From Nemertoderma westbladi (taxonomy: Eukaryota > Animalia > Xenacoelomorpha), in contig JAUCBJ010007351.1 in the NCBI GenBank assembly GCA_032718475.1, positions 1 through 36,030 of the forward strand: DNA of 36,030 nucleotides, in the 5' to 3' direction. The notes under the pieces were generated by a model, which saw only the letters and a program-made list of their open reading frames with translations, did no database searches and was not told the origin of the DNA. The translations under genes were made by a program, and so were the position numbers. Shown here piece by piece: positions 1 through 10,542 of this stretch (positions are counted from its first letter, which is position 1; each line of letters begins with the position of its first letter).

Positions 1-193
1 TTCTACTTGGGAAATTTTCAAACTTTTGCCAAACTACATGTGTACCAAGTTTGGATAGATTTCATCAAGGATTGGCCGAGTTATTAACGTTTAAAATAAA
101 ATACTGAAAAAAAACGCGACAGAACGACAGAACGACAGGTTGATTAATGGTACCCCTACGCTAAGGCTCACTCACTTCGTGGCTCGCCCCACA
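1..193 (-). repeat. Dispersed non-autonomous repeat (HINE/DINE-1-like), truncated by the window edge
   Basis: Near-identical reverse complement at 13504-13696 (about 4 substitutions by eye) and a diverged copy at 17124-17300. Contains a short (CTGTCGTT)n repeat and GC-rich terminal motifs. The family label is an inference. Confidence 0.75.
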
Positions 194-635
194 TTTTATT
201 TATTAATTTTTGCGTGAATAAAATTTCATTTAATTTAATGTTAATTTTTAAATCAACTACAATTAAAAAAAAACATTAAATTTACTTTCACTTTTGTTTC
301 CAATTAGTTTTACTTTCGTTTTAATTTTAGTTTTACTTTCTCTTTCGTTTTAATATTAGTTTTATTTTTGCATTCACTTTCGATTTCATTTGAGTTTTAC
401 TTTAACTTTAACTTTCGTTTTCATTTCATTTTCGATTTTTGCACACGGCCCATTACAGTCACCCTATTAGCCAAGGACTACGGCGGCCACCTTTTACCCT
501 TACAATCAATTACAGGTTGTGGCTCCAATGGGCTATGCAAGGCAGCCCAGTACAGCCATCGATTTTTGAAGAGAAACCTAAAAACTGATTTTTGCAGGTG
601 GCCCATGGCGGTCATTTTCCTATGAGGGGACTAGG
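191..635 (+). repeat. Left arm of a long inverted repeat (partner 3578-3965), with internal ~6-bp AT-rich modules
   Basis: Reverse-complement match to 3578-3965 along its length, e.g. TTTTTGCACACGGCCCATTACAG...GGTGGCCCATGGCGGTCATTT. The arms differ in the number of TTTTAC/TTTCAT/TTTAAC-type modules. Confidence 0.9.
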
Positions 636-1106
636 AGAGCCAGACTAACAGAGAGAATTCACAACCTAGGCCTAACTCATACACTACTAAATATTGCTGA
701 ATTGGCTTGCTGTAAGGCATTTTACTGCTTTAGTTTAGATCATTGGTTTAGGCCTATTTCATTTATTCATCATGGCATGGCAAAATGACCTGACCATGTT
801 CTCAAACGAAGGATGACGGACTTAGTAGCGCTGAACTGGAAACGAAATGAGATTCTAATTAGTCTTACAAAGGAATTTGACACTTACCCATCTTTGAAAT
901 CACTTGATCGAAGATGGTTTGACCTCTAACCTTCCTTTGTGTGGCTTTGGGGTTTGTATTGTCCCGGTGTTGGTTGAGATACGAGATTAGTTACTGCTAA
1001 TCTCGTATCATATCATATCTCGTATCATATCTCGCAATATATTGCTGAAAATGCCACTTCCCATTTTATGAGGGTAATGCGGCGGAATTGAATCCGCTTA
1101 CATCTA

Positions 1107-2022
1107 CGCATGTCCTTAGATCATCATAATGATGATTGGGTGATGATAACTCCACCTACTGGCTCCAGAAGTCGAGGAAATCCTGCCAAGTACCTAACTT
1201 ATCTAGACTTTGCTGATGACTTAGGAGTACTCTCAGAATCACTAGAGGGATCCCAACGGCTCCTCAGCTCATTAGAACATGCTGCTTCTAGTGTTGGTCT
1301 TTTTATTAACTCCAGGAAGACCAAAATTTTGACAGTTAACTTTGAAAGTTCTCAGCGAGTCTCTGATCGGATGAGCATAAGCTCAAAGGATGGTATGCTT
1401 GAGCATGTGGACGACTTCTGTTACCTGGGATCATGGATCCGGAAGTCAAGTGAGGACCTTCGAATACGTAAGGGAAAGGCATGGGCAGCCTTGAATAGGC
1501 TTTCCAGGATTTGGAAGTCACCGAGAATTAATCGGAAACTTAAGGTCAGATTATTTAGAGCAGCAGTAGTACCAGTACTCCTCTATGGGAGTCCATGCTG
1601 GGCTCTAACTGCTGAGGACACCAAATCTCTGGATGGCACATTCACAAGAATGCTACGCCGGGTTCATTGTGTCAAGTACAATGCACACATCTCCAACCAG
1701 ACACTATATAACATTGGAGGTGTCTCATTGGTTCCCCCTAGCTTGACACTAGAACAAAATCGCCTCCGCTTTGCAGGACATTGCTTTCGCCGTGAGGACC
1801 AGCCAGTGCATAATCTTTTACTTTGGCAACCTCATGGAGTGAATAAGCATGGTGGACAGCCCATGACTTTCTTGAGACGCATCTTAAAGGACACTGGCCT
1901 TGAAGATGCAGATGATCTAGCAAATGTCATGGGTGATAGGGAGTTGTGGCGGCGCAATTTTGTCGACAAGCCGGCACAGCATTCTTAAAAATGCAGCTGC
2001 AATGCAGCATGCCGATACTAGT
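1107..2022 (+). mobile_element. 5'-truncated RTE-type non-LTR retrotransposon: RT C-terminal part and 3' end (ORF 1110-1988)
   Basis: RT catalytic motif LDFADD, followed by FCYLGS, VVPVLLYGS and RLRFAGH motifs typical of RTE-group RTs. A second copy at 10543-11550 defines the 3' end. The ATG at 1110 is internal, not a true start. Confidence 0.9.
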
Positions 2023-3577
2023 GGCAAGGCAGATTTTGTTGTTCTGCTAGCACGCAGACTAAGTCTTACCTTGGCCACAATAAGGCGGTGATCACTGGAG
2101 AAGGGTCGAAGTGTAAATGCATTACAGTCTCGTATAGAGCTCCTGTATTTCCTACGAAACAGAATATGGTCTATCTGGGACTTGTGACCACTGGGTCCAC
2201 TATGAGTCCATAGCTTTCCAGTTCGCTTCTTGAACTGGGTTCCAGCCGAAAACAACAATCCATTTCCAGAGATAAAATCCTGAAGATGGACAGAATTTCG
2301 GTTAACACTATTGCTATAGACCCAGGGCGATGTAGGTGATTGATGCAGACTTGCATTAAAGTCTCCCAGGAATGTTAAGAATGCATGCTGATCCACTCCA
2401 TCAGTAGCTGCTTGTAGATTGTGGTAGAAATTTTCCACCTCCTCTACAGGGGCAACACTAGTTGGAGAGTAGCACACAATTAGAACCACCTTAGGAAACT
2501 TCTTAGCCAGTCTTCCAGAACATGAGAAGTGGCAACAGATGATGCGGTTAGAGATTTGGTCTATTTTGTCCAATGCTGCATGTGCAGTTGGATTCATCAA
2601 TAGACCAATTCCACCATTGCCACTATCATCTGCTGACGCGAGGGCGAGTCGCCAACCGCCCCCCATGTCCTTAATCAGAACCTCATCAGTCTGTCCAGTC
2701 TGCATTCGGTGCTCTTGAACACCCACTGCGCTAAGAGAAGGTTTATCTGCCAAGGCAGTCAGCTCACCTTGTCGCATTGGGGACCCGAGTGTTAGGGTGT
2801 TTACTGAGGCTAGTCTTGTGACTTGCCTCAGATTCACCAATGGCTTTGTTGGACGGGGTGGAACATGAGAGTAGCCTCCAACTCCAGAATCCCTCTCCCC
2901 ATCACAATCTGGCTTTCCTGGTGATCCAGGGTTTGGGCCAGAAAGGTCATCAGGAAAGGGACTCAAGGAATTGTTGGCTGCTCTCTCCCCAGTAGGGGGT
3001 GAGACAGGCAGCCGGTCAGGAGTTAACTGACGCCTGTGAGGCCGATTGTGTCCGGTAATTCCACTGGCCTCTAGTAGTGGGGGTTGGGGGGTGCTTTTTG
3101 CCGAGTCAGCTCTCGGGGCAAATACCACACCCTGGTTTGCCATTCCACAGGGTGGGTGTCGCAATGGAGTCAGATATGAGGCCCATCACCCATATCTACT
3201 CTGGCGCACATGAACCACCATTGGCTGTTGCAGCTCATATGCTGGGTCATGCCCTGTACCCTTGCTGCCAGGTGCAGGTCGCAGTGAAGTGCTCTCAGAG
3301 TGGACATGAGAACACTCTACTCCTGACCAGCCATTGGTAGATCACCATCTGCCTGGTCAGGCCATATACCCCTGCAGCCAAGTATATGGGTCCTTAATCC
3401 AGGACCAAAGGCGTCCTTATCCCAGAACGAAGGGGGTCCTAGTTACAGGACCAGATTTGCCCTAGTAAGAGGGTCTATGCAGCTACAGGTGGCACCTCCT
3501 TTATGCTGCATGGAGGTGGCAAGTTTTCTTGATCAATGACCTAGAATACCCGACCTGACCTGAATCTATCTACCTGA
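2018..3577 (-). mobile_element. 5' part of an RTE-type retrotransposon: 5' UTR plus APE endonuclease domain, truncated at its 3' side
   Basis: APE motifs in order: ASVNTLTL, VGVQEHR, GGIGLLM, CYSPT, LGDFNA, SQIDHIL, SSDHRLIV. The ORF runs into the antisense 3' end of the plus-strand copy at about 2020. Confidence 0.88.
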
Positions 3578-3965
3578 CCTAGTCCCATCATAGGGAAATG
3601 ACCGCCATGGGCCACCTGCAAAAATCAGTTTTAAGTTTCTCTTCGAAAATTGATGGCTGTACTGGGCTGCCTTGCATGGCCCATTGGAGACACAGCCTGC
3701 AATTAATTGTGAGGGTAAAAGGTGGCCGCCGTAGTCCTTGGCTAATAGGGTGTCTGTAATGGGCCGTGTGCAAAAATCAAAAATGAAATGAAAACGAAAG
3801 TTAAAGTTAAACTAAAATTAAAATTAAAATGAAAGTGAAAGTAAAACTAAATATAAAACAAAAGTGAAAGTAAATTTAATGTTTTTTTTTAAATTGTACT
3901 TGATTAAAAAATTAACATTAAATTAAATTTAATTTAATTCACGCAAAAATTAATAAATAAAATGT
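3578..3965 (-). repeat. Right arm of the long inverted repeat (partner 191-635)
   Basis: Reverse complement of 191-635, with fewer 6-bp modules. Confidence 0.9.
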
Positions 3966-4321
3966 AGTGGCTCTAATGGGCCACCATAAACCTCTGTTAC
4001 GATTTTCTACAGTGACGAGGCCAACCCACCGATGCTGGTGGGGATAGAGGAGAGGCCCAATATTCTTAGTAGCTACCGGCGTATCTGTTATATCTATTGT
4101 ATATTGGATCTAATTGGTACCGAATTCTATACCCAGGTTCACTTATAAGGCGCTCCACTCCCCTAAGCACTGTAGTAGCAGCTGCATTGAGTATTACAGT
4201 CAGCCAAACCCAGAAAGTATTAAAGGCCCCAACTGGTGAGGTTTGTGTCATTAATTTCAATTATATTGGTAATATTTAGACTGTCCTATTTATACGTCAG
4301 TTAGTCTGAATTGTATTAAAT

Positions 4322-6071
4322 ATGTCTTCGAATACTTTGAGTGACGCTGCTTGGGATTTACTGGATCGTATCATGGCAGATGAAAGTGATTCTCAGTCCG
4401 GTGATGAGGAACAAGAGAACTGCGTCGCTCCACCAACTGTTAATAAAGAAATCGAGACAAACAGCGGTATAAACGTTATCAGTTTTAAATCGGAATCTAT
4501 TTGCGGTACTTCCGAAGATAAATCACGAAAGATCAAACAAGAGTTCTGTACAGATGAACAATATTCTAATAATCAGATCAGCAACACAAACTGCGGTATA
4601 AACGTTATCAGTTTTAAATCGGAATCTATTTGCGGTACTTCAAAAGATACATCTCGAAATGTCAAGCAAGAGTTCTGTATTGAGAAACAATCTGTTTGTG
4701 AAATTATTGCGAAGTCCGATCTCAAGGGTAAGCGATTTAATCGTAAAGTAAATTTAAAGAATCCTAAACAATCATTGCATAAAGGTATCAAATATAAATG
4801 CGGTTCTTGTGAAAAACAATTTGGTGACAAAAGGAGTCTAAAGAGACACATGGAATCAGTACATAAAGGTATCAAGTATAATTGCGGTTCTTGTGACAAA
4901 CAATTTAGTGACCAAGGATATCTGAAGAAACACACGGAATCAATACATAAAGGCATCAAGTATAAGTGCGTTTATTGTGACAAACATTTTACTTCCAAAG
5001 GATATCTGAAGATTCACATGGAATCAGTACATAAAGGTATCAAGTATAATTGTGAGTCTTGTGACAAACAATTTAATCAAAAAAGAATTCTGAAGATACA
5101 CATAGAATCAGTACATAAAGGCATCAAGTATAAATGTGGTTCTTGTGACAAACAATTTAGTGACAAAGGGAGTCTGAAGAAACACATGGAATCAGTACAT
5201 AAAGGCATCAAGTATAAATGCGGTTCTTGTGACAAATAATTTAGTGACAAAGGAAGCCTAAAGAGACACATGGAATCAGTACATAAAGGTATCAAGTATA
5301 AATGTGGTTCCTGTGACAAACAATTTAGTGGCAATGGATATCTAAAGATACACATAGAATCAGTACATAAAGGTATCAAGTATAATTGCGGTTCTTGTGA
5401 CAAACAATTTAGTGACAAAGGAAGCCTAAAGAGACACATGGAATCAGTACATAAAGGTATCAAGTATAAATGTGGTTCCTGTGACAAACAATTTAGTGGC
5501 AATGGATATCTAAAGATACACATAGAATCAGTACATAAAGGTATCAAGTATAATTGCGGTTCTTGTGACAAACAATTTAGTGACAAAGGAAGCCTAAAGA
5601 GACACATGGAATCAGTACATAAAGGTATCAAGTATAAATGTGGTTCCTGTGACAAACAATTTAGTGGCAATGGATATCTAAAGATACACATAGAATCAGT
5701 ACATAAAGGTATCAAGTATAAATGTGGTTCTTGTGACAAACAATTTACTGAGAAAAGATATCTGAAGATACACATGGAATCAGTACATAAAGGTATCAAG
5801 TATAATTGCGGTTCTTGTGAAAAATAATTTAGTCGAAAAGGATATCTAAAGAAGAGGAAATCTAAAGAAACATATAGAAGGAACGCATAAAGGTATCAAG
5901 TATAATTGTGAATCTTGTGACAAACAATTTAGTGACAAAGGGAATCTGAAGGAACACATGAGATCAGTACATAAAGGTATCAAGTATAAGTGCGTTTCAT
6001 GTGACAAACAATTTAGTGTCAAAGGGAATCTAATGAGACACAAACACTCAGTTCACAAAGATACCAATTAA
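4322..6071 (+). pseudogene. Intronless C2H2 zinc-finger array gene (15 fingers), disrupted; a truncated 305-aa product with 5 intact fingers is possible
   Basis: Repeats of YxCxxCDKQFxxxxxLKxHxESVHKGIK (28 aa). In-frame TAA at 5237-5239 and 5825-5827 where most other units have CAA, a 16-nt duplication causing a frameshift near 5840-5856, and a final TAA at 6069-6071. The N-terminus is acidic and carries a 43-aa duplication. Confidence 0.85.
4777..6058 (+). repeat. 84-bp coding minisatellite with a 168-bp higher-order repeat
   Basis: CATAAAGG(T/C)ATCAAGTATAA recurs every 84 bp. The DKGS and GNGY units alternate almost perfectly over about 5240-5730. Confidence 0.95.
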
Positions 6072-6641
6072 GGCTCCTGGTGGTGGAATCTGTAAATTAC
6101 TGACTTCAATCCCGTTTTATCAACAGAAACTCATAAACTGTGGTACAGCTGTGTGTATGTTCATCCCCTTACAAACAGACTATAATATGTGCACTTTGTT
6201 ATCTTAAACTGAAAGTGATGATGTTGAGTTAACATTAATGATATATAATTTTAAATATGTTATATAATTATTTCACCATTGGACGTGAAATAATTATTAA
6301 CCAATCAGATAGCAGACAGATATTTTGCGAGGGAAGGTTTAAACTTTGAAGTCAAGTTTCTCGGAATAACATTTTTCATTTTCAAATGAATAATTAATTT
6401 AACTAATTTAACTTAATATTAATAAACAAATTGAATAATATAGAAAAATAATTGAAAAATTAACAGGGGATCAATCTTCCAGGTGTTCTTCATAAAAACT
6501 GAGTTAAAGTCAATATAGTTTTAATTGTTTCTTCTTTACATTTTGTTATAAAATACTCGATAAACCCTAATTGTGGATCTTCAACATTGTCCTGATCATA
6601 ACTTCCAGACCAGTTAGCTTTTACGCTAGATTCCTCTGACA

Positions 6642-7430
6642 CTATTTAAATAAAATTTCTTTAAAAGACTCGGAATGTGCAGCAAAGAACTCTTTGACGC
6701 ATGCAGCATTACCGACCTGGATACAAACCCCTAAACGTTGACGGAGGTGTTCAATCGATTTTTTGTTGCCAGATACCTTCTGTATACGGTGCCCTAGCTC
6801 ACGGAAGAATGCTATCGTAGAGGTACCAAGACCGCCCAGTGATTCGACAGCTACAGGTTGAATTATATAATTACGTGAGAGTTCGCTATATTTCATTAGT
6901 TTCCTATCTTCAGCCATGTCTGCTACAGTAGGACCATCTAGGAGTGCTGTTTGGGAGTAAGAGGGAGCCTGGCGGTGGACGCAGGTAAAGTCCCAAATAA
7001 GAGGCTTGCCTCTCATACATGAGAGCAATGTGACCTCGTCCGGTGTCTTACCATAACTTCTACACATTCCAACAGGTTCCAAGGTGCTAGAAATCTCTGC
7101 AGACGCAAGTGCCCGATGAATTGCATCATTCCCGAGCCTGTGACGTTGATGGCGGCTCTTAATGTGGTTGCAGGTGAAAGTATGTAGAGCTGGTGAGTCT
7201 ACGGCAGCGCCACACACGCAAGGGTGTGGGATACAGACTTGTGCGCCCAGCCGTAGAGCAACAGCGATTCCAAAATCTTCATTAGATAATTTCAGGCCAA
7301 GGGAGGAAGATGGCAAGGTGTTGAGCCAGTCCCCAGACCCTTGGACCTTGCAACCTCTCAGGCGTGCAGTTGATGTTTTGTGTGATACTTCCAGGAGCGA
7401 GGCAAACCTTGAAACTGTTATTGGTTCCGA
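6642..7430 (-). mobile_element. 3' fragment of a CRE-like non-LTR retrotransposon (zinc knuckle plus restriction-like endonuclease)
   Basis: AVALRLG, CxC...H...C, RH..GND, GKTPD..TL....GKPLIWDFTC, AEDRK..KY and PVAVESLG match the R(K)PD-D RLE C-terminus of CRE-type elements. Some motif positions are degenerate. Confidence 0.8.
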
Positions 7431-7796
7431 CCAATAACGATTAATAGCGGATAATTAATAATTATCCGCTATTTTTCCACCAAATTTCTTTAATTCAGCT
7501 CATTGGAACTGGTTTCGACAGTTCTTTAAATGTATCTTATGAAATTTTGATAAATATTTACATTTTTGTGTAATAATTTACCTATTTTAAAAAAACGTTT
7601 ATAAATTAATTAAAATTCAAATGGCAAATTAAAAGTTATAAGATAAATTTTGTAGATTCGATGGCGCTGAGTACAAAAAATGTTATTCCGTGAAATTTGG
7701 ATTAAGATTGAGGTTGTAGTAGTGTTTTTACTGAAATCTTTATTCCGCCGCCAGCCGCAAAGATGAGGTAATTAATTTTAAAATGTTTGTATAGAC

Positions 7797-8216
7797 AAGG
7801 GATGTGCCGGATTGACTATTTTCAAACCGGCCAAGCCGGAGCCGGATTTTTTTATATATCACCACTTTTTCCTTGAATCAGCTATATGGTACCTTTATGC
7901 ATGAACAGAACTGGAGGGAGGGAGGGTACCGCGTCATTTGGTCCTTTGGGCGTTAGGTCCTGCGTCGATAGATAACGTGCTGGATGGTCTGGATCATTAT
8001 CAGTAAGGTCATGATAAGGAATTTGACTTTAATAAGAATTCAGAAGTAAATTAGTACCGTAAGTATATGTCAATTATCCCAACTAAACGGAACTCAGCAT
8101 GATTTTGATGTTTTTTTTCGAAATCCGGCCAAAAAATTGAAATCCGGCCGGAACCGGATTTTTTTCACAAAATCAGGCCGGAATTCCGGCCCGGCCGGAT
8201 ATCCGGCACACCCCTA
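7797..8216. mobile_element. MITE with hAT-like termini and CCGG-rich subterminal repeats
   Basis: Terminal inverted repeats AAGGGATGTGCCGGAT and ATCCGGCACACCCCTA, with many CCGGA/GCCGG motifs near both ends. No clean 8-bp TSD seen. Confidence 0.7.
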
Positions 8217-8329
8217 GAGACTATTTTGGCCTTCCATAGTGGTTAACAGTTTAAAATCGTTATATTAACCTCTAACTCAAATTGACAACCATAAAAAAAG
8301 TTTGAAATTTGAAATATTCCCCCCTGGGG

Positions 8330-9078
8330 CACGAACCTTGTTCGGGAGTGGCTGGACGGCAGACTCGTTGATGGCATGGCTGAGGAACTGGATCTCCGTC
8401 ATCCTGAACACGCACTTCGCCAGATTAACGACGAGGCCATTGTTGTAGAGCCACTGGAAGAGTTGGCAGAGGCACTTGCAATGAGGATGTCGTCGAGATA
8501 CACGTACAGGAAGTCCAACCCAGAGCAGACGGAGTCAATGAGGCGTTGGAAGGCCTGCACAGCGTTCTTGAGACCAAATGGCATCCGAACGAACTCAAAG
8601 AGGCCGATTGGAGTGACAACGGCTCTCTTTGGAATGTATCTGTGCCCCACGGGGATCTGGTTGTAGCCCCGCACCAGGTCGATCTTGGAGAAGATTGTGG
8701 CCCTGGCGAGTCGCACTGAGAAGTCCTGGATGAGCAGGATGGGGTACTGATCAGGGGGCGTGGGGTCGTTGAGGAGATGATAGTCGCTGCAGGGCTGCCA
8801 ACCGCCATTTGGATTGGGTGCCATGTGGAGGGGAGTCGACCACAGTCTATTCGAGCGGCGAATAATCCCTATCTCCTCCATCTTCCAGAACACCTCCCTC
8901 GCGATGTTGAGTTTATCGGGTGGAAGTCAGTGGGTGCGGGCATGGATGGGGGAGACAGGTGGTCGGTATGTGGTGTTCCACACCATGATGGGTAGCCGAG
9001 TCTGAGAAGGTTGGGTCGTGAAGGTGGGGAACTCCACCAGGAGGTTAGAGTAAACTCGGTCCACGGAGGTTGACGCGA
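8330..9078 (-). mobile_element. Degenerate Ty3/Gypsy pol fragment: reverse transcriptase
   Basis: GIIRRSN..WSTPLHM, FSKIDLVRGYNQIP, TPIGLFEFVRMPFGLKNA.Q.FQR and YLDD motifs, with frameshifts and stops. Confidence 0.9.
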
Positions 9079-9079
9079 T

Positions 9080-9660
9080 GTATATATTAATATATATATT
9101 ATTCTTTAATACAACATAAAAGCATATTTTTGCATGCTAAAATGGATGCACAAACAAATAAAGTAGACACAGTAAAAATGATGTAAAAACATCATACATG
9201 CATCGATAACTAAAATTATTTAAAATATGTTTATAACTTCAAATTTGGTTCAGATAGAGTATCTAACCAGAGCTTTAAGAATTACAGGTGATCTAATATA
9301 CATAAAATCCTCAAGTTGCACAACACCGTAGGCAGAAATTGCAGCTCTTAACAAAGTCGATTGATCTAATCTAAGAACACAATCTAGTAGAAAATGCGAT
9401 TTGGATTCAGGCTCACCACATAAACAGGCACAATCATCAATGACCGTGTTGCTTCTCATAAGAGCCAGGTTGCCCTGACCGAGCACCAAGCCGAGTATGA
9501 AGGATTCATGAGCTCTACCATAGCCTAGATTCATGGGTGTAAGTGATGGCAACTGGTTTGTTTTGATCAGAAAATCGTTCAAATTCTTTTTCCATACATC
9601 CTGTGTATAAATTTTCATTTGTCCTTGAGTGTAATGTAATTGTCGTGAGTCTCGATTTCA
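9080..9660 (-). mobile_element. 3' fragment of a LINE inserted into the Gypsy remnant
   Basis: C-terminal C.CGEPES..HFLLDC knuckle, followed by an AT-rich 3' UTR/tail. It separates the Gypsy protease part from the RT part. Confidence 0.6.
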
Positions 9661-9699
9661 ATTAAACGACTAGATCTCGAGTCTCACCTCGACTAGACA

Positions 9700-10045
9700 A
9701 GGTGAGGATGGGTTCCCGGGATGGTAGAGGAAGAGCAACAGAGGGGAATTGGCTGGCAGGTTTCAATGTCGATGAGTTGTTGCCCATTGGCATCCACCAA
9801 CAGGGCGTGATCGCAGAGGAAATCCGTCCCAAGCAGTGGCTGGGGGACATCAGAGATCACAAATTCCCGATGGGTTCTCTGGTCTTATAACCAGAGTGGA
9901 ATCTCGCGCATACCGTAATAGTGTATTGCCGACCCATTAACGGCGTGGAGTGGCGGCCCACTATGACTGGAGCGGGTGTCGAATCCACTGGTGGGGAAGA
10001 CACTAACCTGGGCTCCAGTATCTAAGAGGAAGTGGCATCCGGAAA
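9700..10045 (-). mobile_element. Degenerate Ty3/Gypsy pol fragment: aspartic protease region
   Basis: The minus strand gives LDTGAQVSVFP...AVNGSAI..YG...DVPQPLLGTDFL across frameshifts, collinear with the RT fragment. Confidence 0.75.
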
Positions 10046-10379
10046 ACGGAATCTTTTCTTTTTCTTTTACTTATTTCTGTCTTATAACCTGTACATATAC
10101 TAATTCGTTTATTGTTTTGGTTAGATTCAGCCCTTAACCTGTAGTTTTGGTGAAAACCTGGTATTCTTCACATGGGGGTAACTGCAAAGTGAAATATAAC
10201 GGCAGAAAGTCTGGTATTCTTCACATGGGCCTCGATAAATAGGTATAGAAGGTGCATCCCAGGGAGAAAACGTTATTGCGCGCACGATCTTGTTAATTTT
10301 TATGCGGATATTTTAATATAAGTATTGTAAGTACAATTGCGTATAGAATTTACAATACTGTAGGCCTAAAATAAAGATT

Positions 10380-10529
10380 TCAAAATAAATAGTGGTAATT
10401 TGTAGCGAAGTTTATAAAAAAGACCAACAGTTTTTGAGACATAAGATAGGACAGGCTATGAGACTTCCAATTAAGTAAATTATCAATAATAAGACCTAAA
10501 TATGTAACTTCTTTCTTATATTCTACAGT
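10380..10529 (-). mobile_element. Small CR1/L2-group RT fragment
   Basis: EVTYLGLIIDNLLNWKSH resembles the KFLGIYISENLKWNRH segment of the intact LINE in this window. Confidence 0.6.
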
Positions 10530-10542
10530 ACTAGAGACGGGC

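Noticed and set aside
368-625. Short ORFs at 368-625 and 3588-3773 sharing KTDFCRWPMAVI
   Set aside because: The similarity simply reflects the inverted repeat; non-ATG starts, and the first is low-complexity.
978-1035. Perfect 13-bp hairpin GATACGAGATTAG/CTAATCTCGTATC with tandem ATATCTCG copies
   Set aside because: Real, but most simply a local repair or template-switch duplication or a TE subterminal motif; no function can be supported.
1917-3164. The 415-aa ORF as a complete gene
   Set aside because: Chimeric: APE domain followed by read-through into the antisense 3' end of the other RTE copy, and the start is non-ATG.
5237-5239. TAA=Gln alternative genetic code
   Set aside because: TAA ends the LINE ORF1, ORF2 and RTE ORFs, those long ORFs contain no internal TAA, and the zinc-finger gene also has a frameshift.
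4573-6043. Minus-strand ORFs (128, 240 and 65 aa) over the zinc-finger array
   Set aside because: Antisense shadows of the 84-bp repeat, with no independent protein features.
4777-6058. CRISPR-like regular repeats
   Set aside because: These are in-frame coding zinc-finger units in a eukaryotic context, with no unique spacers and no cas genes.
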